A stretch of DNA of 62,455 nucleotides, from NCBI GenBank assembly GCA_051876105.1, contig JBJEHN010000097.1, forward strand, positions 1-62,455, given 5' to 3'. Below the pieces are notes generated by a model that saw only the letters and a program-made list of their open reading frames with translations, searched no databases and was not told the origin of the DNA. Positions 62,431 to 62,455 of this stretch are shown one piece after another; position 1 is the first letter of the stretch, and each line of letters begins with the position of its first letter. Position numbers and translations under genes: made by a program. The DNA is from Coriobacteriales bacterium. GTDB taxonomy: Bacteria > Actinomycetota > Coriobacteriia > Coriobacteriales > QAMH01.

Positions 62431-62455
62431 CCCAGCGGCAAGCCGGTCGCAGCGC

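Overview
High-GC core-chromosome segment. Gene content (Veg, type III glutamine synthetase, short-type LeuC/LeuD, a large acyl-CoA dehydratase activase-like protein) suggests an anaerobic actinobacterium of the class Coriobacteriia; this is an inference. About 50 CDS lie almost entirely on the + strand: lysC, pgi-like, ispE, dinB, purA/D/E/F/M/N, a queDECF cluster, rnr, a LytS/LytTR pair, a heterodimeric ABC exporter, htpG, folC, thrS-leuCDB-galU, xpt-NCS2 permease, gdhA, glnA (GSIII), prfA-prmC and modABC, plus one tRNA-Ser(TGA). No phage, integrase, transposase or CRISPR array was seen. The strongest unexplained signal is in the thrS 5' leader: two near-identical hairpins, each with a 5-bp stem and a 7-nt loop carrying the Thr anticodon UGU at the loop centre, the second just upstream of the Shine-Dalgarno. 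This looks like a tRNA-mimic translational operator of the E. coli thrS type in a lineage where I know of no such description. Other candidates are a stand-alone cyanophycin-synthetase N-domain (metallopeptidase-like) protein, an atypical Ddl-like ligase paired with an aminotransferase, a GlnR-like box shared by nitrogen-assimilation promoters, a ModB carrying a possibly ModA-derived extra domain, and a 110-bp palindromic REP/MITE-like element. All calls are by eye from the sequence and the ORF track; no searches were run.
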